Shown: piece after piece, positions 35,805-44,150 of the stretch | Numbering within the stretch: the first letter of the stretch is position 1 | Layout of the letters: each line of letters starts with the position of its first letter | Virus record (IMG/VR): IMGVR_UViG_3300045988_139610 | DNA: 64,000 nucleotides | Origin: a virus | Reading direction: 5' to 3' (one strand) | The notes under the pieces: model-generated | What the model was told of the DNA's origin: nothing | Seen by the model: only the letters and a program-made list of their open reading frames with translations | Database searches by the model: none | Made by a program: the position numbers and the translations under genes

Positions 35805-36317
35805 TTATTCCCCTAATTTACTTCTTATTTCTCTACAGTCTTGACAAATACCGTCGTTGTTGTTTAATTGTTTTCCACAAAAACCACAATAACTGGTATT
35901 TGTATATTCAACTGTATAATTATTATTAGTATCATTTTCATTGCTATTGTTAGTATTATTAGTATTGCCATTGTTAGTATTAGTATTACTATTACTATAA
36001 TTTTTATTATCATTACTATAATTTTTATTACTATTATTATAATTTTTATTACTATTATTGTATGTAGATTTTATTGTAGTTGTTTTTACAACATAATTGT
36101 TTTTACTATCATTATTGTTGTCTTCTTGTTGTCGTTCTTCTGGGTCTACTTCTTTTTCTTCTTTTACTGTTGTTTTTTCCATATAAACATATTGTTTTTT
36201 ACTATCATTTACAGTATTATCTTTTATGCTATCAAGTGTAAAAGCATGTACAAGCAATCCCGTAATTAACATACAATTAACCATTGCAACGCCTATAAAC
36301 CCTATATATTTTTTCAT
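35805..36317 (-). CDS. membrane-anchored Asn-rich low-complexity protein with C-terminal Zn-ribbon
   Basis: N-terminal TM helix; NNSNKNY repeats encoded by 3 x 21-bp DNA repeats (35994-36056); CGFCGK…CQDC. Confidence 0.7.
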   Translation of the reverse strand: MKKYIGFIGVAMVNCMLITGLLVHAFTLDSIKDNTVNDSKKQYVYMEKTTVKEEKEVDPEERQQEDNNNDSKNNYVVKTTTIKSTYNNSNKNYNNSNKNYSNDNKNYSNSNTNTNNGNTNNTNNSNENDTNNNYTVEYTNTSYCGFCGKQLNNNDGICQDCREIRSKLGE

Positions 36318-36378
36318 AATCTTATCACTCCTAATTAATATAATTTACTATCATTCTGATAGCTATGAGCTAAAGGGT

Positions 36379-36609
36379 TTAAAATAAACCCTTGTTGTAT
36401 TCTTCTAGTGTATGAGGGAAGTCGTATGCATACGGTCTATCTAATATATCATTTAATATTTCTTGTTTTATGCTATCGGTATCTACCCCTAATAAATCTC
36501 CTTCACTGTCATATACTAATTGATACTCTTGTTCTCCAGAAGTCCATTCATAAGTTTCTGTACTATCATTTAATTTAACTATTCTTCCATCAAATTTTTG
36601 TATTTTCAT
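36379..36609 (-). CDS. hypothetical protein
   Basis: 76-aa ORF with SD TAGGAGTGA. Confidence 0.65.
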   Translation of the reverse strand: MKIQKFDGRIVKLNDSTETYEWTSGEQEYQLVYDSEGDLLGVDTDSIKQEILNDILDRPYAYDFPHTLEEYNKGLF

Positions 36610-36673
36610 AACTTAATCACTCCTATTTAATATTATTTACTATCATTCTGATAGTTTTGAGCAAAGGAGAAAA

Positions 36674-37021
36674 TTATTCTCCTAATATAATTTTTTTACT
36701 GTTTTCTATATATTTTTTATCATCATTAGTGGCTTGATATTTTATTTCTTCTAAATAAACTTCCATAACTTCAACATTAACTCTTTTACCATCATTGTAT
36801 TTTTGAATTATATCGTTAATATTTTCATAAGTACTTGATTTTACACTACTTAATTCATTCTTCATATAATAAACTTCATTTTCTATATTTATCCTATCGT
36901 TGTAAAGTCCTAATTTGTCCAATAGATTTTTATAAAATCTAATATCCTTATCCATTAGTTGTTCTATTTGATATTGATATCCATATTCTTCTAATAATAT
37001 ATTTTTTTCTTTTTTAGTCAT
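36674..37021 (-). CDS. hypothetical protein
   Basis: 115-aa ORF with SD AAAGGAGTGG. Confidence 0.65.
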   Translation of the reverse strand: MTKKEKNILLEEYGYQYQIEQLMDKDIRFYKNLLDKLGLYNDRINIENEVYYMKNELSSVKSSTYENINDIIQKYNDGKRVNVEVMEVYLEEIKYQATNDDKKYIENSKKIILGE

Positions 37022-37110
37022 TTAAATCCACTCCTTTAATTCATTATATTTAATATTATATACTATCATTTAAGATAGTCTTGAGCTTAGAGGGATTATT
37101 TCCCTCTTAT

Positions 37111-37434
37111 TTATGCATCAATACCATTTTCAATTGTATTTTGTAATTCTAAAATATATTCTAATATTGTATTTCTGTTCACTCTTTTACTATCTTTTAT
37201 ATAATCCTTTAATTCTTCTATTACTCTTTGTGCATTATATAATTGACTTTTTGCATCATCAAATCTTAATTCATAATGTTCTTTTTCATATTTATAATAT
37301 TGCATATCTTTTTTAACTTCATTTACTTCTTCATTATGAAGCCCTTCCATAGCTTCGTATACATCATCAGTAACATTACCTTGTAAAGATTCCATATTAT
37401 TAATTATATTCCCGTTGTTTAAATAATACATCAT
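37111..37434 (-). CDS. hypothetical protein
   Basis: 107-aa ORF with SD TAGGAGTGA. Confidence 0.65.
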   Translation of the reverse strand: MMYYLNNGNIINNMESLQGNVTDDVYEAMEGLHNEEVNEVKKDMQYYKYEKEHYELRFDDAKSQLYNAQRVIEELKDYIKDSKRVNRNTILEYILELQNTIENGIDA

Positions 37435-37540
37435 AACTTAATCACTCCTATTTATTAATTATTTTTATGATTATATAATATCATGTTTTATTATTATTGT
37501 CAATAGTTTTATTAATTATTTTCGCCATCATTGCTTAATA

Positions 37541-37705
37541 CTATAAGTAGTATATTGTATTAAGCAAATCAATAATATCAACTACATTAACGTTGAATGC
37601 ATAACCTATACAGTCAACTACATACATCAATGCTATGGATATTTGATTTTTAAATATAACAATTCCTAATACTAACACTAATACAAATAACATTTTATTT
37701 TTCAT
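37541..37705 (-). CDS. small membrane protein (54 aa)
   Basis: hand-translated MKNKMLFVLVLVLGIVIFKNQ…; SD AAAGGAGATA. Confidence 0.4.
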   Translation of the reverse strand: MKNKMLFVLVLVLGIVIFKNQISIALMYVVDCIGYAFNVNVVDIIDLLNTIYYL

Positions 37706-37776
37706 AATCTTATATCTCCTTTTTATTAATATAATTTGCTATCATTCGATAGCTTGAGCTAGAGGAATAAATTCCT

Positions 37777-37923
37777 CTATTTAATAATTATTTTTCCTTT
37801 GCCTTCATATATTTTGTTATATAACATTTTAGTTCTTATTGCAAGACCTTTTGACTTTACTTTTGCTAAAAATTCTTCGCCTTCTTCTGTTACTAAATAT
37901 AAGCTATAATATACTTTCTTCAT
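37777..37923 (-). CDS. small hypothetical protein (48 aa)
   Basis: hand-translated MKKVYYSLYLVTEEGEEFLAKVK…; SD AAGGAGTGATGA. Confidence 0.4.
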   Translation of the reverse strand: MKKVYYSLYLVTEEGEEFLAKVKSKGLAIRTKMLYNKIYEGKGKIIIK

Positions 37924-37998
37924 AACTCATCACTCCTTAAATTTATTAATATTATATGCTATCTTTTTGATAGTCTTGAGCTAGAGGACTTTAATCCT

Positions 37999-38268
37999 CT
38001 ATTTATAATTTTCTATTAATTCTTTTTTATATTCTTCGGTGATATAGTAATTTAAATGTTCACCTAATTCAATGTTACAATTATAATACATATATTTACT
38101 ACATTCATTTTGAAACTTGTCGTATGAATTAGCTACTATCTTATAGGGACTTATCCATATATTATTTGTTCTTACTTTACAAGGTAATACATATATTTCA
38201 AAGTCTTTACTGTTTTTAACTTCTCTTCTTATTATTGCCTTCGCTTGATTAAATTTAATTTTTAACAT
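37999..38268 (-). CDS. hypothetical protein
   Basis: start moved to the ATG (MLKIKF…) after TAGGAGTGA. Confidence 0.65.
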   Translation of the reverse strand: MLKIKFNQAKAIIRREVKNSKDFEIYVLPCKVRTNNIWISPYKIVANSYDKFQNECSKYMYYNCNIELGEHLNYYITEEYKKELIENYK

Positions 38269-38332
38269 ATTTATCACTCCTAAGTTTTATTAATTATTTT
38301 TACTATCATTGGATAGCATTGAGCTGGAAGGA

Positions 38333-38776
38333 CTAGAATATAACTTCTAAGTCCTTGTTATATCTTTTCATATTCAAAGTTGCGTGAGTGTCGTCAACGC
38401 TATTGTAGTAAACTGTTATTATTTTCCCTGTTTTTGGTTCAACGACAACCTTCATGACACAATTAACTGTTTTTCCGTCAATATCTACTGGAAATGTTTC
38501 CCAACTTTCTAATAATATTCTTCCATTCCTTCTAGTGTAATTATACTCTATGATATCGTATGCTCCATCTTTTAACATTGAGCAAATAACCTTCATATTG
38601 TAGCTAACACTTGATTTTTTTCTTAAATGATAGCTTGCATATATTTTTGTATGTAGCATGTTGTTTATTGCTATAATGCATTTTTGATAGTCATCACCCT
38701 TGAATTGGCTCATATATTTTTTTTCTTGTCCTTCTGTTTTTCTTACTATACCTTTTTTTATTTCACCTTTTAACAT
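38333..38776 (-). CDS. hypothetical protein
   Basis: 147-aa ORF with SD GGGGAGGA. Confidence 0.7.
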   Translation of the reverse strand: MLKGEIKKGIVRKTEGQEKKYMSQFKGDDYQKCIIAINNMLHTKIYASYHLRKKSSVSYNMKVICSMLKDGAYDIIEYNYTRRNGRILLESWETFPVDIDGKTVNCVMKVVVEPKTGKIITVYYNSVDDTHATLNMKRYNKDLEVIF

Positions 38777-38817
38777 TTTTATATCCTCCCCTGTTTATTA
38801 ATTATATTTGTTAATTA

Positions 38818-39252
38818 TTAAATAAATCTTTTTATATAATTTATAACTCCTTTACTTGTTTTTCTTGTTATTCTGTTTTTATATTTATTTTCATCATTAT
38901 TATATTTATCAGCCATGTTTTTATTGTATGTATCCAATAAATATCCCTCACCGTCTATAAGTACGTTCACTATATAATTATTTCCTTCTATGTATACATA
39001 TGTATACTCGTCATAATTATCTACATCTATTTCAGCATTTACTTTTTCATTTATTAAATTTATTAATTCTTTAGTTTTTATTTCTATTTCTGTTAATTCT
39101 TCTGTTATTAAGTCTTCTTCTGAAACTATTGCTCCACATCTTGTTATACCTTTATACATGAAAAATACTTCAGTTTTTCCTTCTTCATATGGTTTTGATT
39201 CTATTACTTTTACTATTTTGTTATCTATTTTGGCTTTTGTTATTTTTAACAT
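38818..39252 (-). CDS. hypothetical protein (first gene of the leftward arm)
   Basis: start moved to the ATG (MLKITKAK…) after AAGGAGTGG. Confidence 0.7.
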   Translation of the reverse strand: MLKITKAKIDNKIVKVIESKPYEEGKTEVFFMYKGITRCGAIVSEEDLITEELTEIEIKTKELINLINEKVNAEIDVDNYDEYTYVYIEGNNYIVNVLIDGEGYLLDTYNKNMADKYNNDENKYKNRITRKTSKGVINYIKRFI

Positions 39253-39296
39253 AATCACCACTCCTTTAATTTATTAATTATTTTTATTATGTTATA

Positions 39297-39325
39297 ATAA
39301 TAGCATATATTTTTTATTTTGTCAA
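39297..39325 (-). promoter_or_regulatory. sigma-A-type promoter (TTGACA-17-TATTAT)
   Basis: minus strand TTGACAAAATAAAAAATATATGCTATTAT. Confidence 0.55.
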
Positions 39326-39441
39326 ATATTTTTATTAATTTTTTTTAAATACTCAATAGAGGATACCAGGTATTTAATTTTATGAAGTGACTTTATTTCT
39401 TATGATTTTACAAGGTTGCTAATTGATTTGATTATGCTTTA

Positions 39442-39471
39442 ATTATAATATAGGTAAGTGCTATTTGTCAA
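39442..39471 (-). promoter_or_regulatory. sigma-A-type promoter (TTGACA-18-TATAAT)
   Basis: minus strand TTGACAAATAGCACTTACCTATATTATAAT; about 120 nt ORF-free transcript before the next promoter. Confidence 0.5.
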
Positions 39472-39490
39472 GTACTTTTTATTAATTATT

Positions 39491-39584
39491 TTTTTTGTTA
39501 CTTAATGAACGATTGGGCGTTCTCCCTTGTCTAATATATTTTTTTGTTGCTTGATGGTTGATGGGCAACCTCCCTTGTCTAATA
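39491..39584 (-). repeat. two tandem ~46-bp repeats, each a small hairpin with covarying stem (candidate structured RNA)
   Basis: R1 …ATG-GAACG-ATTGGG-CGTTC-TCCCTTGTCTAATA; R2 …ATG-GGTTG-ATGGG-CAACC-TCCCTTGTCTAATA. Confidence 0.6.
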
Positions 39585-39595
39585 CTTATATTTTA

Positions 39596-39624
39596 ATGTT
39601 ATCACTTGTTGTTTATTTTGTCAA
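39596..39624 (-). promoter_or_regulatory. sigma-A-type promoter (TTGACA-17-TAACAT, TG-extended), outermost leftward promoter
   Basis: minus strand TTGACAAAATAAACAACAAGTGATAACAT. Confidence 0.5.
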
Positions 39625-39824
39625 CAACTTTTTTAAATTTATTTTTTCTAAAAAAATATATAGATAGAAAAATGATAAATAAAAACGCTACAAGTTATTA
39701 ATATCAACGGTTTAAGCTATATTTTAGATAGTTACAATAAAAATAAAAGTTTATATATAAATAAATTTTTATAGCTAAATACTTTAATATTTTAAGTAAA
39801 AGATAGATTCCACGTGCAATTATT

Positions 39825-40078
39825 AAAGTATTCGGCAAGTTTTACTTTAAAAAGTGATAGTAGAAAAAAGGGTCACTTTATTTATTTAAGTTTACGCCCT
39901 CTAAATAATTAATTCTTTACATAAAAAATAATTTATATATTAAAATATATTTGTATCATATTAGATAATTCTTACATAAAAAATAATTTATATGGTGAAA
40001 GCAAGTGTCGAATACTTTATATAAGTAAAGTGCATTGTGTCGAATACTTTACTTATTGATAGTAGAAAATAGGGTCAC
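39825..40078. repeat. cluster of short repeats (GTGTCGAATACTTT x3, GATAGTAGAAAAnAGGGTCAC x2, AATTCTT(T)ACATAAAAAATAATTTATAT x2)
   Basis: copies at 40005-40018, 40037-40050 and inverted 39825-39837; 39854-39876 and 40058-40078; 39911-39939 and 39967-39993. Confidence 0.7.
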
Positions 40079-40849
40079 AAATTTTATTAAAGTGGATAGT
40101 ACAATTTACTTATTTTAGTAAAGTCATAAAAAAGTATTTTATCGTACAAAATTATTTTTATGGAATACTCCATTTTAAAATTGATTTTAAAGTTTAATAA
40201 TTAAAGTTGGCATTAAATTAACAAGTTTAACTTAATTAAATAAAGCAGAATGATAATATCCCCTTTAAAATGATAAGGTAAATCAAGGATTAGCTTTATT
40301 TAATTAGGGAAAATATAAAGATTGTTTTATATTGTAAAGTTATTATAAAATACTGTAATCGTTGATATTACTAGCTTTAGAGTAATTCGACAAATATATG
40401 CATGGTTTATATAATAAAGAGAACAAAAGAGAATAGCTTAATTAGTTAATATAAATTAACATTATGCTTTATTATCTTAATTATCATAGGTATATTTATC
40501 AACTATCTAGCATTATCAAGCATTACAGGACTTGGGAAAATATATGGGAAAACAATAGAAGTGTTGATATAACTAGGATTGAATACCATACATAGGTATA
40601 CACAAATAGAAGAAATAGAAGAATGTAGCAGTTTCAACGGTTTCACGCTTTACAATATACCCACTATAGGTATAGGATACAGTTATTGCAACGGTTGTAT
40701 GGTATTGGGTAATAAAGGTAAACTGTGAAACAATTATAGGTAAACACTTTAGGAAAATAAAGGAAAATAGATAAATTACTTTAGATTATTAGGAAGAATT
40801 GAATAGATGGTAAAAAATGTAAAATGAAGGAATTTAGAAAAATTTTCCT

Positions 40850-41069
40850 TGTGGATAACTTAGATTAAGAAAAAAAGTGTATAAGTGTATGAAAGCGTTG
40901 ATATTACTAGATTATATAGACTTATAGGTTGTTAGCTTGAGATGTAGTCGGAAATGTAATTGTAAGTATTGGTAATACTTGCTTTCGTATATATATTTAT
41001 ATACTATTAATAGGCTTGTGGATAACTAGCAAAATATTTGTGGATAACTAGGGAATATAGTGTTGATAA
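40850..41069 (+). promoter_or_regulatory. DnaA-box cluster (3 perfect TGTGGATAA plus 1 TGTTGATAA, same orientation): candidate origin
   Basis: TGTGGATAA (reverse complement of TTATCCACA) at 40850-40858, 41017-41025 and 41039-41047; TGTTGATAA at 41061-41069. Confidence 0.65.
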
Positions 41070-41629
41070 CCACGTCACCTGGACAAGTTGTCAACTTTAA
41101 AAAATTAAGAATGTACGATTAATTAATACTTAATCGCACTTTTTGGAGAAGGAATTTTTTTTCAAGAGGCAAGAAATGTTGATATTCCAACATCTAGGGG
41201 GTGGTATCATATTCGGAGGGGCTTGACAAAAATTTTATTCTGTGTAGTAGTTTACCAACTATGTGTCGTAAAAAATACCGAATTAGATTTTTAGCAATTC
41301 CTACAAGCTCCTATATTTGCAACATAGCCATATTTGCAAATCAAGAATACTAGGAAATTAATACGTTTTTGTTATACTTCATTTTGCCTAATTTAAAAGT
41401 ATTAAAATTAAATGTTTCTATGTTGTGCTTATTCTCGGGAAATGGTATCATAAATATGTTATTTTACGTTTATAAATTAGTACTTGATTTAATGGGAATT
41501 TAATAGTATATTTAATATATTGGAAATAAATGGGAAAATATGGGTTTAATCAGATATAATACACCGCCATTACGCATTAATTTACCTATATAAACCCATT
41601 AGTTTTACCGTATCAAACCATTGAAATAC

Positions 41630-41675
41630 CAAATAAAAGAGTGTGTAGTACAAGCAATAGTTGTATCACACACTC
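41630..41675 (-). terminator. rho-independent terminator after the Replic_Relax-like gene
   Basis: minus strand GAGTGTGTGATACAA-loop-TTGTACTACACACTC followed by TTTTATTTGG. Confidence 0.75.
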
Positions 41676-41684
41676 AATTTTACA

Positions 41685-42278
41685 TTATAATATACACTTG
41701 TCTAAACACTCTAAGTTACAGTTTACACACATAGTTTTAAGAATTTTATTTCTAATCTTACCCTGTAAGTCGCTTATAATAAGTAGAGAAGGAAGAGTCT
41801 GCATACCTTGTTCTATAACATATTCTTTAATGGGATTAATATCTGTGTATTTATCTATACAATCTGATAATCTACCATGCAATTGAACTTCTATTAATAA
41901 GCCTTTCTTAATTATAGTATTGTCTTTTTTATATCTAATTATAATATAACCATCTGCTATAACATTACCTAATTGAACATTTCTATCTACGTATATTATT
42001 TCCACGCCTAGTAATAATAAATTATATACCAATTCAGTTATATACATATCATGCCTAAGTAATCTTTCATTAGGTTTATTTTCAATATAATAAATATATT
42101 CTCTATTATATATTCCACTTCTAAAGCGTTTTAATTGCTTATATTCTACTAATTTATTAGCTCTTCTATCCCAAGTGGTATTAGTTAATCCTGCAAAGAA
42201 TAAATTTCTTATATGTTCTGTTCTACACATAGTAACTAGATTAATAAAGTTTAATACTTGGATATCTCTTTCAGTCAT
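41685..42278 (-). CDS. replication-relaxation (Replic_Relax)-family-like protein
   Basis: N-terminal wHTH-like TERDIQVLNFINLVTMCRTEHIRNLFF…; divergent partner of an FtsK-like ATPase, as in small Firmicute plasmids/ICEs; recognition from memory. Confidence 0.5.
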   Translation of the reverse strand: MTERDIQVLNFINLVTMCRTEHIRNLFFAGLTNTTWDRRANKLVEYKQLKRFRSGIYNREYIYYIENKPNERLLRHDMYITELVYNLLLLGVEIIYVDRNVQLGNVIADGYIIIRYKKDNTIIKKGLLIEVQLHGRLSDCIDKYTDINPIKEYVIEQGMQTLPSLLIISDLQGKIRNKILKTMCVNCNLECLDKCIL

Positions 42279-42396
42279 ATTATCACCTCAATATAATATA
42301 TGTATATATTTAAATAATGTTACTAAAATATTTTTTTAATATTTAGGAAACATTTACTACACACTTGCATATAGTTAAGTAAAAGGAGATGATAAT

Positions 42397-43515
42397 ATGA
42401 GTAATGTGATAGAACCTTTAACAAATACTATTTGGGATACAATAACATTATTATGTAAATCAGCTTTAGATGTATTTAATATTAAACATATTGATTTTAC
42501 TGATTTCTTTAATAATATCAATATGAAGAATGCTTCTGGAGATATACCTAAGTTAAGAAATAAATGGGAAGACGAAAACTATAAAATATATGAGTTTATA
42601 ATACCTACAGGAATGACTATAGATGATTTTAATAATAATAAGAATAAGTTTTGTCATTTATTAAATAAAGAAAAAGAAGATGTTAGTTTTAAAAAGAATG
42701 GATATTATATTCAATTAAGAATTAAAAAAGAAGAGATAGTATGTGCTGACTTTGATTTAGAAAAACATAAAGCTAAAGGATACAAAATCCCTATAGGAAT
42801 CAATTTAGAAGATTGTAGCATTAGATATATTGACTTTAGCGAACCTTCTAATGCACATATGTATTTAGCAGGAGCTACTAGATGTGGGAAATCTAATTGT
42901 TTGAGAGTTATTATATCTCAATTAGTAATGAAAAGAAAATGTGATGTTGTGTTAGATTTAATCAATGAAAAGAGAGTAGATTTATTTGAATTTAGAAACT
43001 GTAAAAATGTAATTCATTATACGGAAAATAGAGATGAAGCTGAAGATATATTATTTGATGCTATACAAGATATAGATAAAAGATATGAACTGTTTACTTA
43101 TAGAAATTGCACTGATATATGGCAATATAGGAAGTTTAAAAAAATGCCTATTAGATTTATAGTGATAGAAGAGTTATCTTCTTATATGAAGAATAAGGAT
43201 TTTCATAATATGTTAGCTTTAATAGCTAGTAGAGGTGCAGGAGCAGGGGTGTTTCTAATACTAACTACCCAATTACCTTCTAAAGATATATTACCTAATA
43301 TAACTAAACAGAATATAAATATCGTTATAGGTGGTAAATGTAAAGATGAAATTAGGTCTAATATGATAATTAACTATGGATATTTGCATTTATTAAGAGG
43401 AGCAGGGAATATGAGAGTATTTGACTATGAAGAATATGGTACAGAAATACAAACTTTCTATATTGATAGAGAGACTGTACTTAAAATATGTGAAAAATAT
43501 AGTAAAAAGAAATAA
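42397..43515 (+). CDS. FtsK/SpoIIIE-family DNA translocase-like ATPase
   Basis: Walker A LAGATRCGKSN, Walker B RFIVIEELS, and LTTQLPS downstream. Confidence 0.75.
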   Translation: MSNVIEPLTNTIWDTITLLCKSALDVFNIKHIDFTDFFNNINMKNASGDIPKLRNKWEDENYKIYEFIIPTGMTIDDFNNNKNKFCHLLNKEKEDVSFKKNGYYIQLRIKKEEIVCADFDLEKHKAKGYKIPIGINLEDCSIRYIDFSEPSNAHMYLAGATRCGKSNCLRVIISQLVMKRKCDVVLDLINEKRVDLFEFRNCKNVIHYTENRDEAEDILFDAIQDIDKRYELFTYRNCTDIWQYRKFKKMPIRFIVIEELSSYMKNKDFHNMLALIASRGAGAGVFLILTTQLPSKDILPNITKQNINIVIGGKCKDEIRSNMIINYGYLHLLRGAGNMRVFDYEEYGTEIQTFYIDRETVLKICEKYSKKK

Positions 43516-43527
43516 GGAGGGGTAATT

Positions 43528-43710
43528 ATGAAATATGAATTATACGGATATATATATGATATAGATAATTGTTGTGAAACATTTTATAGAAAGAGAGCAA
43601 AACTTAAAAATAAAGAGGAACTCAAGGAAGAAATTGAAGAGTTAAAAGAACTATGTAATAAAAAACCACATTATGGATGTGAATATAATATAGTCAAAAA
43701 ATTATTTTAG
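43528..43710 (+). CDS. hypothetical protein
   Basis: 60-aa ORF with SD AAGGAGGGG. Confidence 0.55.
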   Translation: MKYELYGYIYDIDNCCETFYRKRAKLKNKEELKEEIEELKELCNKKPHYGCEYNIVKKLF

Positions 43711-43722
43711 GAGGTTGATGGT

Positions 43723-43917
43723 ATGAGAGAAATTTGGGAAGTAGAATGGGAAATGAAATCAAGAGATGGAAGAGAAATAGTTGGTGGAATAATCAGAGAA
43801 AACTCATTGAAAGAGTTAGAATCATTGATGGAAATTTATAAAGATAGGTCAATACGTGAGAAAATTTTAATGAAAGCTCCTAAATTTGGTGAAATTATTA
43901 AGAAAAAATACGAATAA
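43723..43917 (+). CDS. hypothetical protein
   Basis: 64-aa ORF with SD TAGGAGG. Confidence 0.55.
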   Translation: MREIWEVEWEMKSRDGREIVGGIIRENSLKELESLMEIYKDRSIREKILMKAPKFGEIIKKKYE

Positions 43918-43996
43918 AATGCTAAATTTTTAGCAAAAAAATGAGTAAAAATGCATAAAAAACATTAAAAAATTAAGAAAAATTGCTTATTTTTAT

Positions 43997-44028
43997 AAAA
44001 AACAAAAGAAAAAGCCCTAAAAAGGGCT
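43997..44028 (-). terminator. rho-independent terminator after rep (hairpin shared by convergent genes)
   Basis: minus strand AGCCCTTTTTAGGGCT followed by TTTTTCTTTTGTTTTTT. Confidence 0.75.
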
Positions 44029-44150
44029 GATTATTACATTTTGGAAATAAAATATAATAATTTAATTAAAGTTATATGCGATATTTGCAATTCTTATGAG
44101 AATGTACTATATCATGATAACATGGAAAATATATTTTGTCAATAGATTAA

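Noticed and set aside
35868-36269. 133-aa + strand ORF opposite the Asn-rich protein gene
   Set aside because: It is the mirror image of a low-complexity repeat (I/F/T runs). It has no SD, and the - strand ORF has an SD, a TM anchor and a Zn-ribbon.
600-39493. The regularly recurring 15-mer could be mistaken for a CRISPR-like or other tandem array
   Set aside because: Spacing between copies equals gene lengths (about 100-1200 bp, irregular). The intervening DNA is coding with SD sites. The repeat is only 13-15 nt and not palindromic, and no cas genes are present.
41641-41886. 81-aa + strand ORF at the end of the Replic_Relax-like gene
   Set aside because: It starts inside the terminator hairpin and overlaps the better-supported - strand gene. 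It has no SD.
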